Positions 11,601 through 38,205 of a stretch of DNA of 64,000 nucleotides are shown in pieces. Position 1 is the first letter of the stretch. The number at the start of each line of letters is the position of its first letter. The stretch comes from Hormiphora californensis (lineage: Eukaryota; Animalia; Ctenophora). Under the pieces are notes generated by a model. The model was not told the DNA's origin and did not search any database. It worked only from the letters and a program-made list of their open reading frames with translations. The stretch is from NCBI GenBank assembly GCA_020137815.1, contig CM035360.1:6572001-6636000 (forward strand). Reading direction: 5' to 3'. A program made the translations under genes and the position numbers.

Positions 11601-14600
11601 GTTTGAGAATAAAAAGGGGGGAAAAAAGCTAAGGAGAGTGCTGAAAAAGAGACATTCACTTTTGCTTGCGTCAAAAACTCAAACACACAGTACACACTTC
11701 ACTAATTCTTTCAAAAATAATCAGTACTGGGCTACACTAAATTTCTCACTGGAATTTGGTACTTGACAATCACACACACATACACACACAAACAACATGA
11801 GCACACACCGTCTTTGCAGGTGACTGTAATAACAGCGCCACGAGGTATTTGCTCGCCCCACTGCTCGTAACAGCCCGCTGTTTGGTTGCCTAGGTGACAT
11901 TGTATTTGTTGGTTGCCTAGGTGACATTGGAATTGTGCACTTATACTCAACAAGGTGACATGGTGTGGTACTCAGCGCAGCATGTATTTAAAACAGTTTC
12001 AGTGCAGCAGGGGTGGGCGATTTCACTTCTCCCTTTCTAATCGGCTCATTGCTTACCCGGTCTGCAGATGACGGTGATATTGTCTCCCTCGGGGATGTTG
12101 TTGCTCCACGAATCTCCCGGTTCGTAGGCCTTGTCCAGGTCAGCCACAGCAAAACCTTTTTCAATAATCGGCCTCAAACAATCTGAACGGGGGGATTGTT
12201 GGTATAGACTCCTGAAATGTGATACGAAACAAAGACTGGGTAACTCCGTATCATGGTGCCAACGGGGCCCTTCCAAAAATATCAAGATCCGTATCGTGTT
12301 GACGCAGGGAGCTCTAAACGCCGCCTCGTTGACTCTCTCCAAATATCTCTTTCTCTGTTGACACTCTAGACCCACACGCACACACGTTCCTAGCTCCGAG
12401 AAGAGGCAATTTACTCTCTCTCCCAGGCTGTGATTGGCCAAGCTCACTGGTCACGTGGTCTAGGAAGGCTGTGATTGGTGGAGAGCGCTAGTCACGTGGC
12501 AAATGATGGTGTGCCTTGGCAACGACGGTGTACGAATGATCGTCCGAGCTGATCTCCATTAACCAAGAGGGAGATGAGGTCACACTTAAATCAAGAGGGT
12601 AGCAGCTTGTGTTATACCGTGCGGCAGGGTATGCGAAGGAGGTCGAATACTAATGGGGGATTAATTGGGGAATGGTATGATGAGGTTTTGAGAGAGACAT
12701 ATTGGGGTATAATATAGAACTCACGGCCAAGTTTCCTGCAGCGTGGTACCGGGGCGGCCAGTTCGTTCCCCTGGCAACTGATGGCTCTGTAAAATAGAGT
12801 GTTAAAATGTTTCAAAAGTAGCAATTCATTGGTGTGATCTCAGAACGTATCGATTTTAGTCTCTATCCCTGTAGACTGTGTCTAAGAGCCAAGTCTGGTT
12901 TTTACAGTCCCAATTCTGCACTTCATAGACTTGAAAGTGAAGTAGACTAGAACGGAGCATGTCTATAACAACATCGTCTAGAAATTTGCAACAAAATAGC
13001 CCATCATGATAGAATTCGCGGCCTTCGCGTGCCAGGGTAGCCCAAACAAAATACTGCTTGAAAGTCACTTACATTTGAGCATCATCGTGAGTGTATCCGT
13101 CCTCACAAAAGAAGGTAACGTGAAGAGTGTTGGGGAGGATAGAGCCCGCAGCTGGAACACTGTAACCGTTATTTGACTGGGGGATCATACACCCTGAGTG
13201 AAGGGGAGTTGATTAGCAGAAGTATTTGCAACGATAGTACTATTGTTCAATGAACCCAAATCTCTGTACCAGTGCTTTTCTATTCCTGATGATCAATTTA
13301 CATAATTCTTTACTTTGGTCATACAGCACGAGATAACACAGTCGAAAGAAGTCTAGGTTATTATTATTATACCTGTGCAGCGAGGGAAGTCTCCTTTAAA
13401 ATCGAAACTCTCATTCCTAAGACACTGGCCCTTAGCGTTTCCTTCCAGTTTGTATCCCTTATCACATTCCATCTTAATCCTGTGTCCTAGGTAGTACGGA
13501 CCTGGATCTGTAGCCCTACCATTCTCTATCGTCGGTATACCACAACCTGAGGGTAGGACATAGGAATCAATAAATAAACAGGTCATCGGTAACTTGTGTC
13601 TTGTCCAATATTTATATGACGAGGTTGTTAGTGGAGATCCTTGTGGGTACCGCAAGGGATGACGTAAAACTTACTGATTTTCCTGCGAACATTGTCATGG
13701 TAACCATTGGAGCCACCGTTGTTACCCTCTGTCAGGTATTCGCATACCACGAAGTAGTAATCGTTCTCCTTTACAGCATACCCACACCCGACCTTGGTAG
13801 TGTCCCGCCACACCAGCTGTGTGAACTTCCTTACTGTATCTGGAAAATTTTAAAGTTATAACAAAAATTGTCATAATTTTTTCACTCAACAAGCCACAGT
13901 TGCTTTCCAGAAGTCAAAGGCGAGATAAGAAGTCAAGAAAATGGGCGTTTATATGTTAGCAGCATGCACAACATTGCTTTATCATAGAGGGCGAGGTACA
14001 ACTATATTTGAGAGCTGTACCTCATCAGTGAGGTACCACCTCACCCTACTATCCCCCACACACGTACAAAGATGCGCCAGCTGTGCTATATTTCCACCTG
14101 AAGGTCCCGTGCTGGTTCCAAATGTGTAGGTGTAATGGGGTTCCTGATTATACCAATCCTTCACACTGTCCCGAGCAAAGGTCAGTGGGTCTGTATCGTC
14201 CATAAAGTCAAATCCCAGTGTTCCTCGGTAGATGTTCTCCCCGAAACTGGAAGGGTTCAGTTTTACAATAACTTTAAAAAATAGAAGCTGCTTCTTTGGA
14301 CACGACACGGTACTGGCAGATGCAATCTCAGAGTTGGTTGTATTAAGGCACACTACTTTACTGCACACAAGTTTACCGAGTAATTTTTCCGTATTTGTCC
14401 GTGCTCGCTCTAACAAAATGAATGTGAGAAACAACACACTTTTTGTTAACAGACAAAGTAAGGTTTAGAACTCAGTTTTATACCGTTCGGGTACAATATC
14501 ATTGCCTTGCTCGACCCCTTTTTCCTTGTGGGTTTGAACAAAACAACAATATCATTGGCTAAGGTTATACAGCACCCCCTGGCTAGCGTATCTCATATCC

Positions 14601-15135
14601 CACGACTTACATGTAGTTACTGGGTTTCTCAAGGCCCGATTCAAGGAGGTTCTCTGCCCATGTTTTAGCTGATTCAGCTAACTGGTTCGACCAACACAGC
14701 GGGTCCGTATCCTGGATAGAAGGTGGTAGCTGAGGTCTCAAGATTGGGAAAAGATCTTCAATCTTGAAAAATAACGTCAAAAAAACATCAAAGTATCGGC
14801 TACCTTATTACCGGAAAATAACGCGACCTAAAGATTCGGCTATGGCTGGTCACATAATTACCTCGTGTTTCGATCGAGCACTATTGTGGTACTCTAATAT
14901 CGTCTTCTCAAAAATACCCAAATTGTCAGGATCAGTGTTTGTTGTACATTCGATGGCGTTCCGGCGAGATCTGCACTCCGAGCCTGGTGGAATAAGGTGG
15001 ATTAATAGGGGGATAGTACATAAAGGGAAAGACTTTATTCTATTAATAGTTGAGTTGCTTCCGAATAATTTAGATCTTTACATGACAATATGATTTACCG
15101 TGTAAAATGATAAGGATGGAAAATAGAAGAAACAT
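8613..15135 (-). CDS. CAP (SCP/PR-1) domain + three Sushi/CCP domains, signal peptide, hydrophobic GPI-type C-terminus
   Basis: MFLLFSILIILH; ILEYHNSARSKH; LCWSNQLAESAKTWA; GENIY; KFTQLVWRDTTKVGCG...VVCEY; CCP modules CGIPTIENG..., CMIPQSNNG..., CLRPIIEKG.... The last exon 8698-8613 joins in phase 1 and ends NSSGTLPFFIALITTLFLSCF*. Confidence 0.88.
9040..11375 (+). mobile_element. Internally deleted CR1/L2-group LINE in the last intron of the CAP-Sushi gene (antisense to host)
   Basis: Coiled-coil ORF1 start (9433-~9670) joined directly to the RT region; 3' UTR hairpin GGGCAGCC/GGCTGCCC and terminal AATAAAAAAA. The 5' boundary is approximate. Confidence 0.85.
9656..11050 (+). CDS. Non-LTR reverse transcriptase ORF (no endonuclease domain)
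   Basis: YRPISLT, QHGF..GKSC, DFSKAFDSV, SGVPQGSILGPLLF, FADD, RDLGV; open frame of 464 codons. Confidence 0.9.
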   Translation: MLLTLKCYRPISLTCIAMKILERLVNYQLLEKCYSKLDPRQHGFLPGKSCLTQLIPFLDDLTHSNHNREAVDIVYYDFSKAFDSVNHDILLEKLKYMFDIDGKMFNLLRCYLLGRKQRVVISGSQSDLIDVLSGVPQGSILGPLLFIMFINDVFLTTRGNTKMALFADDIKTWSVITCESDIMNLQFTIDNLYKWSCVNKMNFHPDKCRVISMSPRIGYLSWGQLPFFQPSYNLNCNILDIVDYQRDLGVFVSSNLSWSFHFEYVLQQFIDRFNLLRRTYYYLSNINQKRTLYLTMVRSMLVHCCHIWAPQAIGLLNKLEAAQKRCVKWIFNISYLVRWSSNYYHSQLANIGLVPVDVFFKINDMKLFYRIIHGLVYLELPPYLSIAKPSDFNRLTRSNYDITNYNDVTYIICSIEFPSSVLRNSYFYRSHILWNLIPYHIRQCHSYLSFSRQIKTFLFNPLPT

Positions 15136-18100
15136 GATATAAAGAACTGCTGTAGCGAACTAAGAGAGAGAAAACAAGTTAAACAATGCAACTGCGCAAT
15201 TACTAGTAACAACGATTTGAGGTTTATAAACTACATCAGGTGGTCGAAGCTAGTATAGATATCTTGCGGTTTTATAGAAACATCGGATATCGCAGGAAGA
15301 ACGGAGCGGTAAAAAGGGTGACCCCTAAACTAGTGCTGCAGCGGGTGGAGTGTAAAACAATAGATCTATCAGTTGGGTGTTTCCGTTAGTTTCCGCTACC
15401 TATTGTTTTACACTCCCCCGCCCAACACACACACCTGATATTTAAACCAGTAAAAACCTTTCTAAGACGTAAACTGTCAAAATTAATAAATTTGCTCTCG
15501 AAAAAGTTCAAAATAGGACAATATAGGACACAACTATTGCAATACTGGAAGGAGGTTAAATCTGTGGCTAGACGGAACGGATAGAGTGTCAGAAAATGCA
15601 AACGTACTAACCACAACGCACATACAGAATGCCAAGACCCAATACGACGAACCATCTGCGAGAGAGGGAGAGAGAGAAATAATAAAAAGAGGGTTGGGCT
15701 ATTAGCGCAGTGCAACAGGGTGAGAGAATATAAGGGGCTGCAATAAATGTTTAATCTTACTGAGATCTCAGTTTGGGCACGTGATCCCCGATCGCTCGCC
15801 ACGTGTTTCCGCAATACAGAGAGAGAGAGACACTCATCCCGACACCCCCTCCCTCGCAAAAAATACCCTCGCACCCTTCTACTAGGGCAACGAAAATATT
15901 GTACACAATGCACATCCAAAAACCGATCATGTGTTTGCGACAAAAGTGGAGTCCTGCAAGATACAAAATACTAGATAGATTCTGGATAGATTCTGTTAGT
16001 CAACTGTCAAGCGTGTGAGAGAAAATGGCTGGAAAAAGGCGTAGAAGAGATAGATCTGTCACGAGAGAGAGGGGATAGGGAGAGATATAGAGAGAGAAGT
16101 GACGCTGTTAAGGCTGCCGAGATGAGACAGACAGAACGCTAATCGGATTAGGGCTGATTGGCGAGACTAAATTATAGCGCCCAATATTCTCCTCCTATTA
16201 TAGTAGTGATGATGTTTCAAGAAGATCTGGAAATATTGCCATTCCGCATATATATTGCACTTCTCCACACTGCTACAGCTGTACCACCCATTTGTTACTC
16301 CACAATACCAGCCATTGGATGTTCCGGTTTTATTCTGCATGTCTAGGCCATACTATACTGAGAAGCATTATGTGGCTGTAAGTGGAGAGACAGATACCGC
16401 AAATCACCATCACGGCACAACAATAGGAGAATAGAGGCTTTATTTTCGGCGGTGACCTGAGTTCGGAGCCTAGCACGAGAAAACCTCTCCTGGCACAGAG
16501 GCCTGTAAACAAGAGCGAACCAATTTACACGACGTTCAAAGAAGGTGCCAAGTACCGTCAAAAGAGGGTGTCATCAGAGGAGAGGCCGGTATGACTTGTT
16601 GAGTTACTCAACAAGGTATGACGAGATTTCGTCAAAGGAACAGCAGAAGAACCGAAGAGGGAAGGAAGGGGAGAACGGATAGAAAACTTGATAGAGGGAG
16701 AGCTGCCAAGAGAGATATGAGCAAATAAAATGATAGGGAGAGAGAAATGAGAGTAACTACTACTATATCGTTATATTGTCACACACCAAGAAGGAGGGGG
16801 CTGCACTGCCTGGCACAAGAAGCAGTCATCTCACGTGGTGTGGATCATGTGAGATCATGGTATTTGCAACATCAGCAGATGAGGATCAGTCAGTAATTGG
16901 CCTTTAATTGGCTGTTAAAATGCCATTATCCCCTGTTTATCGGAGGGGAAGAGTAGAGATTGCGATCATGGCTTGTTAGATCCCTGGATTTAATGAGCTG
17001 CTATGAAGGGAGAGGCAACATAAAATAAATCTAACTGAGAATTGGAACTAGCCGCTACATCTCAGGGAATAAAAATCACTGCCCAACCACTTAGCTAGTT
17101 GAGAATTAATACTCTCTATAGCCCCTACAATCCCTAGCATCTTATAAATTATATCTGACTCCACTAGTTTCTAGGGAAAATATAAAGTTACTACCAAACT
17201 ATCTCAAACTATCATTGCTCGTCTGAAGTGTCCGGTATACCAGACCCATCTCTGTTGAGTCTCTCTCTCGTGACAGAAATAGCAGATTTCAGCTGTCAAG
17301 TAGTTAAGCTAAGATTATACTATTCAAGTGAGAAGGTTTATGGGATTACAGAACTATTATATATCCGTTATTAAGCTAGAGAGATGTACGTTAATGGTTT
17401 AATAGTCCGTTGTTATGGTCGAGAGAACTAGAGAGTAGAGTGCCAGAACTAATATAACATGTAAAATAAGAAACGTTTCGAACTCTAAAAAGATACACTT
17501 ACAGCAATTAAAATTCAAGACATATAATGCTTCTCGATTCTGATATATATAAAGCTGGTGTACGAGTTGTAGCAACTTGATAAGGCGTACCAAAGGACAA
17601 GGTCCCAAGTTGTGAAATGGTCTGATTGGAGGGTAGTCACGTGAGGGATGCAGTCACGTGATATCATGCTTTACGCGAGCTCTTAGCCAATGATAAACAG
17701 CTTGTGTGAAGACTGGACTTTGTAGGGTTATCTAATATGATCTGGTATTCAGTATTCACCAAGTGTTGCAAGTCAACTTAATTGTAACTTTCACTTGCCA
17801 GAAACCGTATGATGATTTTCAAAAATTATTTAAAAAAGGGAAATAGAAAAGCTCAAAAGTTTAGTTTTGAAATATGGGGTAGCTAGGCAAGTAGCGATCA
17901 GCGGTCAAGCCAGTACCAGATTTTCAACAATAAACAGAGAGAGCTAGTGGTGGGTGAGTGCAATCTGTTTATCACACCTTCACATTACTTTGATTAGATT
18001 CGTCGATGCCCCTCGCTCGATGAGTAAATCTAACAATCGGATAGATCACGTGATCTCTCTCTCTCTCTCACCCCCTCTCTCTCTCTCACTGCATCTATAT

Positions 18101-19635
18101 CTCTGCCCCTCCAAGATATCGTCTTGATGAGATGCTGTAGTGATCAATCAGAGTGATTCTCACAATAGTTACGACATTACAGAGAGAGAGAGTACCACTA
18201 AAGTAAACCTTATAACTATACCAGTAAACTCTTGAGGAATAAATCAAAACAAGCTCAGATACTTTAGATAAAATGTAGACGAAGCGTTGCGTAAAGATTT
18301 GCAACGAATGAACCTATATTTGGTGTGATCGAGAAATTTAAACAACAGTTCTGTCAGGCCAATGCTCCAACCACAGTTCTTACACGATCTGCGAGACTAG
18401 GGACAGGCCAATGCTCTGACAGCAACGTTTTAGAATAAGAAAGAAGGTGTAAGATTAAATTCTAAAACTGAAGGATGCACTGTATCGAGTAACAACGCCA
18501 CCTGACTTGGGGACAGATGGGGAGTTTCTGTCTCTCGTGGACAAAGTCTGTAGACTATGATTTAGGGAGTCTGGAAATTAACGGGTCGCCCGGGTACTGC
18601 AGCAGTTTCAACGATTTAATGCTACAAAAGGGCCGCAGTCGTAGTAAACAATCGTTTTGCAGATCAAAACAAAATCAAGAATCAGAACAGCATGAAAACA
18701 AATAATATATCTGGTTTCACAGAATGAGAGAGGCGAGGCTATTTAGGACGGGACAACCCGGCACCCTGGATTTGGGGAGGGTCAGGGAGAGGGTTACTAC
18801 TATACAGATAGTGTGATGATGTCATCAGTACCAACTTAGTTTACTGAACAGGCTAACGATCTCGGAGGTATCCACCCCCAGCTCTCACAACTTTAACCTT
18901 CTATCATTTTATCATATCAGTGGTTACTGGTTATCAATCAGCCTCTTCTGATAAGAGAACTACGTAACAACAGCGTTATAAATCTTCAACTTCAAGCGAA
19001 AAAAAAAACAAGCAATCAGTTCAGAGAAAACAGAAAAGGCAACATTGTTTTTACGGGTGAACAATCGGATGATCTATTTAAAATCACTTACCTCTACAGC
19101 TCTTCCTCTGCTTGTTCCGTTCAATTGTGAAACCGCCCCGTATATGGCTGTGATCTGAGAGGGGTCCAAGCGTGAGGTCTATGCGAAATGTCCATTAACA
19201 GCACCCTCCCACACTTCAACAAGGGGGGGATATGATCAAATGTCGCACACAACTAGAGGGCAAGTGTGCCGCGTGCCGAGATATATTGATACATCGCAGC
19301 TCTAACAAGGATGGGCCGTTTAGTGATTTAGGGATTTTAGGGTGCGGTGTAATGACGAGGCTGTATGTCATAAGGGTGTTAATTTTGCAATTGTATGACG
19401 GTATAATGATTTCCGACATTTGTTTAGGAAGAGAGAAAGCAGAAAGAATGTGAGAACTTGATGAACTAGAGAGAGAGAGAGAGTCGGGGAAGGTTTTGGC
19501 ACCACGGTGGCGGATTGTATACAAAGCAGGCAGGGAGGGAGCACAGTGTCAACCTCGAACATGCCGTGCCAGTCACGCAACAAAACACTCAGAGCTCTCT
19601 CGGGGACAGGGCTTGTTGTGGGAGTGGAGAGGGGA

Positions 19636-19760
<125 letters not shown>

Positions 19761-20410
19761 TGGTAGTGACGTAATAGCTTAAAATACCTCCAACAATCCA
19801 TTTTCTTTGCTTGGCATTGGAAATGACCTTGAAATTCCAGGTTCTGCTAATAATTTGAATATGATCACACTCTAGCTACCCTTGTAAACATGGTCATAGA
19901 TGGTCAAATGTTTTTTACTAATTAATTTTCTCTTTCATTCTCTCGTTGTGAGTTCAATGAACAATTCGTAAGACTGAAATAAAACTTGAATTTGCAGTAA
20001 AATAAAGCTGATAAATTTGAAAACAAAACAATGGACAATTCCGCCGATTTTTTCTTGGTCCCAGAAATTAATTTTATAATTTCCAGCAGTGGGACAAAGT
20101 TTTACTTATTTTATTTCGTGGTGATGAGTCATATGGGAAGAATTTAGATGGGACTTGGGGGTGTGTCTGTTTTGTAAAGGTGGTGTGCAGGAGTAGAAAG
20201 AATAAATTTCATTTTACTGTCGACAAACACAACGCTCCTGCTAAAACATTACTGTTAGGATTTGTTGAGTAACTCAACAAGTTGGGGTTGGTTAGTAGCA
20301 GACAGGGGTGGCGGAATGTGTTTTCTCCATGGGGGGGGGGGGGGGGGGGGGTGACAATACAATTTTTCAGTGCAAACCTGATACTTCAGCGGAGCCCAGA
20401 AAAGTCAGTA

Positions 20411-21266
20411 CAGTCGGACCCCGATTTAACGGCACCCTCGGGGGAAAGGGTTTTGTCCGTTAAATCGGGGTGTCCGTTAAATCGGGGTAGAGCATATTTG
20501 GTCCATAAAACCCTATTTTTGTCCAAAATGCTATACTAAAACACCTCTAAGTGTTAAATGCAATGTCCATGTATTGATTACATGATCATTTCTGATTAGA
20601 AAAAGAAAATAATTTTTTTTTAAATCAAAAAAATTTATAAAAATTTTCTAAGGTACAACCACGTCCGAATCGTTTATTGAACCAGTGCATCTTATCGCAT
20701 GTCTTGCTTCTAATTAGACGGTTCGAAACGAACCGATACGTGATACCATGCCGAATCGGGGCACTTTAAGCGGGGTGAGGAAGAATTCGAATTTCAAAAT
20801 ATCTTTTTCTCTGAAAATTCATGGGGAGCACCGATCAAAGCAATGACAATCATTCTGTAAAATTTTGCAAAAAAAGTTATGAAAATTTTTCAAAGGTATA
20901 TCAACCACGTCCGAATCGTGTTTCTAATCAGTGCATCTTATCGCACGTCCTGTCGCTAATTAGACGGTTCGAAACGAACTGATACGTGATCCCCATGGGA
21001 CCAGTTAAGTTTACCAAGCGTCAAAATTGCGATTCGATGGGCCTCATGGGGATCACATATCTGTTCGTTTCGAACCGTCTAATTACCGGCAAGACATGCA
21101 ATAAGATTCACCGATTCGAAACACGATTCGGACGTGGTTAATACACCTTTGAAAAATTTTCAAAAAATTTTCAAAAAAAAATTTCAAAAAATTTTTGGGG
21201 GAAATTTATCCTGCCGTTAAATCGGGGTGCCGCTAAATCAGGGGCCGTTAAATCGGGGTCCGACTG
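20411..21266. mobile_element. Tc1/mariner (pogo/Tigger-like) MITE, 856 bp
   Basis: TIR CAGTCGGACCCCGATTTAACGGC / GCCGTTAAATCGGGGTCCGACTG with TA on both sides; internal inverted repeat ~20880-21000 vs ~21045-21165. Confidence 0.9.
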
Positions 21267-21311
21267 TACATATTTTGAGCTCACAAATCAAAACACGAGT
21301 TTAAAGAAATA

Positions 21312-21480
21312 CAGTCGGACCCCGATTTAGTGGCCCCCGATTTAGTGGCACCCCGATTTAGTGGCAGGATTTTTTCCCCCGATATAGGAAATTAAAATTA
21401 TTTGACCCCGATTTAGTGGCATCCCGACTTAGTGGCAGGATTTTTTCCCCTGAGGATGCCACTAAATCGGGGTCCGACTG
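21312..21480. mobile_element. Related Tc1/mariner MITE, 169 bp
   Basis: TIR CAGTCGGACCCCGATTTAGTGGC / GCCACTAAATCGGGGTCCGACTG, TA flanks, repeated CCCCGATTTAGTGGC sub-terminal motifs. Confidence 0.9.
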
Positions 21481-22459
21481 TATAATTGTTTACAATTTCA
21501 ACTGACGACCTAGCTCACGCTAGCGAAACAATTGTATTTCTTCAAACTCGTATTTGATCAGGCATGTAGTGGTGGGGTCAAATTTTTTGGTCACGTGATA
21601 TAACATACACCGACTTTTCTAATGAAAATTTGAATAGGTTTTTAGGCCAAAAAGTCATAGTTTTTTGCCTAATCATGAAAAGTACTGGGGCCATTTCCTG
21701 AAAAGTACTGAGGCCATGGCCCATGGCGTACCCTCCCCCCCCCCATCCCCCTCCCACTTGGGCACGGCGCGCCTCATGTTCGCGCGCCGGGCGCCCGTAG
21801 GGCGATCCCCTCACGCTACGCAGGCAACCCTCCTACATGCGTGATTTTGATTTACCTACTCCGATAAAACCTACTCCGATAAAACCCCATTTATCTGTAG
21901 AGTTCTCCCTGCGAGGATCAATTCCCTACACAATCACAGTGGTATTTCAACTCATTGGCCAAAATATCAGCCCCCACCTCCCTTGCCAGGCGCCACCCCG
22001 GGCCCTGGTGGCAAAGCACTTGTCAGGCCAATGCTCTGACCACAGTTCTCTCTGACAGCAGAGCACCGCTGATGCAGCCATGGTTGTTGTGATTAAGATC
22101 AGGGTCGTTACCACCGAAATAAGCATTCTGCATTCACCGGCCGTCATGAGTCATCAGATCATAATCTACCATTTCACAGTTCACTGCTTTCTTCATGTCA
22201 CACATGTCACAGATCAAATGTTGACGAATCCGTCACGCGCGTGGTCCGAGTGAACGGTGTAAACCATATCGTCAGCACTTGATATTTCACCCGGGTGGCT
22301 CTGATTGCAACTTCATCTTCTCTCTCTTCCCGCTTCCCTCACAAAGACGCGCTGCGCGAAGATGTCAAGAAGATTTGGACCGCGCGCGACACACCAGTGT
22401 CAGAATTTGTGAGAAAAGCTCTCTCAACAAGGGTGGGGTGGGAGAGATCGAGAGAGAAC

Positions 22460-22492
<33 letters not shown>

Positions 22493-23447
22493 AAGATTTC
22501 CGGCCTCTGAGATTTGAGAACCTGCTTCAGAAGCCAGCTTTTCGCTGCTTTGACCTCTTTCTGTTTGTGGAACACTAAATGGAAACCTTAAGTTGCTTTT
22601 AGCACCATTATAGCGAATGTTTAATTTTGGTTAAAATGCAGCGGCATGCGGGCAATGTACTTTCTCACGTGACACCTAACACGTGACCGCTGCTAATTAC
22701 AGAGCGGACATCACGTGATATCTAACTATGTGCTGATTGGTCGAGCTGAGTCACGTGACTTTGTACGCTAATTTGATTGGTAATGCAGAGACAACTCGGG
22801 ACCACTAGTATTGTACACTGACTGAGAGCAAGAGAAAAAGGGAGAAAGATGGGAAAAAGAGGGGACTGGGAAAACGTTGCAAAAAAATAAAGAATAGACA
22901 TAAAAAGTCGCATCTTTTTGTTGTTAAAAATGGAAATTACTAAATTAAATTAACACTCGGCTTTGAAAAAACCATTAACCAATTATCTTGTCAAAGAGTG
23001 CAAAAATGTGTTCATATCCTAATTTTCTAGAAATATTACAAAATATAAATTTGTAATCATTGTCGTCAAAATAATACTCTCTTACTCACAGTTTCCAAAA
23101 CCCAATAATAATATCGAATTATTATACAGCCATCCCTAGCATGACAGCTCCCTGTTTCATACAGTAACAAGTAGGTAATACATGATTGTGTTCAACACTG
23201 TATACCCCCTGTTTATAATCAAGTATTTAACAGCTCTGCCGCTATATCAGCCCCCTGTTGATAACGTATATATATAGCTCAGTCATAAATAAACTGTTTT
23301 TAGTTCTCTCTGTAACAAATAATATCAAGTCCATTGTTGGCGCTCCCTCTCTCTGTCTCTCTCTTGTAGAAACGACTGACAGCATAAAAAACTCTCTAAA
23401 AATGGCAGGATCTTGAGGCGTGTCCTATCTTCCGTAGTCTTCCCAAC

Positions 23448-36328
<12,881 letters not shown>

Positions 36329-36404
36329 GATGCTGTGATGCGGTTGGTGGGGATGAGACTGGGAGTTCTCTCTGATTGTACAATGCACAGGAGAGCTACA
36401 AAAT

Positions 36405-36475
36405 GCTATTGGCTAAATACAACACCACCGAGAGCTCACAGAGAGCACGCCAGTAGCGCTAGAACGTCACGTGAC
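36405..36475 (-). promoter_or_regulatory. CCAAT box and E-box upstream of NF-YA
   Basis: AGCCAATAG on the - strand (~36406-36414) and GTCACGTGAC (~36466-36475), followed by a CpG-rich stretch. Function is inferred. Confidence 0.4.
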
Positions 36476-37991
36476 CACATTTGACCGAATATGGTATAAT
36501 GCGACTTCCTCACTGGCCGGCCGTTCACCTCCTGTGCAAGACGAAAAGTTCAAATTCTCAAGATAAAGCACGCGCGTGGGGAGAAATGAGTGCGCGTCAT
36601 TGCACGGCGGACGAGAAAACAACCCTTCGCGGATTCCGTACAATCTTGCCGTCAAAGCGTAAAATGTACCCTTCAGCTATACCCTAAACTATAACAGGAG
36701 ATACAACGGTACAAATGATGCTTACACAGTGACAGTACAACTACAAGACATGAGTGATCTGAAAGTGAAAGGGTGGAGGAACTTTGCCTGCCCGTAGGCG
36801 CGCGAACATGGGGGGCGCGACGTGCCCAAGGAGGAACTGGACATGGAATTGGACGGTCGCGGTCCAGTGACTGGAACAGTCGAGTCTCAGTCAAGACTGT
36901 GAACTAGGTGAGTGTTACGTCTGTACATTACAACTACAGTCTGCAAGTGAAACCCTAAAACAAGTACACAGTACATACAGCCAGTAAAACTACACAGACG
37001 CCACCTGACAACAAGATGAGACGAACCTTTAACGTCAGGGGAAGATCAATGATCTGCTGCGGGTCTTTTAGTAGAAGTAACTCTGTCAATTGCATACCTA
37101 GCACTAGAACAGATGTTAAATTGGGAACTAAAACACAAACTAAAAAACAACAACAATTAACTATGTAATGAATCTTGGTCACCAAAGTCACTTTGAAAGT
37201 GAGACGAACTAATGTGAGTGAGACATTCTCAGTCTGTATAATGGGGGTGTCTAATCATTAGGTGCATCTAAAGAAATACAATACGTCTCACTGCTAATTA
37301 GGTGTGTCAATTGAACCCAATCAATTGAACCCAATCATGATACACCCACACTCAATTTGTGAGAGTGGAGCTAGGAGAGATCAGGGGGACGCGCACAAGA
37401 CTGCGCCAAAACAGCTGTACTTTTTACATTTGGGGATACACGGCGTGCCCCACATAAAGTGACCAGGCTGGGAGAGAGGAACAGTCAGGCAGTTGCATGA
37501 GGTGCACCTTGCTCGACCCTCTTTGAACAAAACAAGGAGCACCCTGAAATCTGCCGAGCTGACTGCTGAGGGGTGATCGGCCAAATTCACATTCTTCTAC
37601 CAAATTCGGCACGAATGAATGTGAACAGTGAAAATAGGCTTGGTAGTAAATAATATCATATTCATCTTCTCTGAGTTCATAATTGAAATTTCTGACTATC
37701 AAAAGTTGAAAACCTTTATGGGACATAAATCAGTTCATTGCAATTCAACTTTCTAGATCTCACTTATAATTCTAAAATGTTAATTTGTTTTATAAATTTC
37801 CCTCTAATTAGGAACAGTTGGTCGAGTTTTACAGATCTGCAAAAAAGGTGGCAAAGATGAGACGGTATGGATCAAATTGTGACAGGTCATTTGAGACAGG
37901 ACAAACAGAATAGTTAACTAAATAAACACGTACCAACTTACATACAAAAAAAACTAGTGCAATAATTCTTGTGAAAAAGAAACAAAAGAAG

Positions 37992-38062
37992 TGCGTCGGC
38001 CGGGAATCGAACCCGGGCCTCCCGCGTGGCAGGCGAGAATTGTACCACTCAACCACCGACGC
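37992..38062 (-). tRNA. tRNA-Gly-GCC: tRNA-Gly(GCC)
   Basis: 71-nt cloverleaf GCGTCGG...CTGCCAC...GGTTCGATTCC...CCGACGCA followed by CTTCTTTT. Confidence 0.97.
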
Positions 38063-38205
38063 TCATGTACAGCCTGCAATTGCGGCAAATATATTCAATT
38101 TTACCCTGCGGTAAACCTTGTTTGCTCACTTGTCCTACTTGCATAACAAGGCATGATATGCTGCATTTGTGGGATATGTAGCCTTAAAATGCTTTTAGGA
38201 CATCA

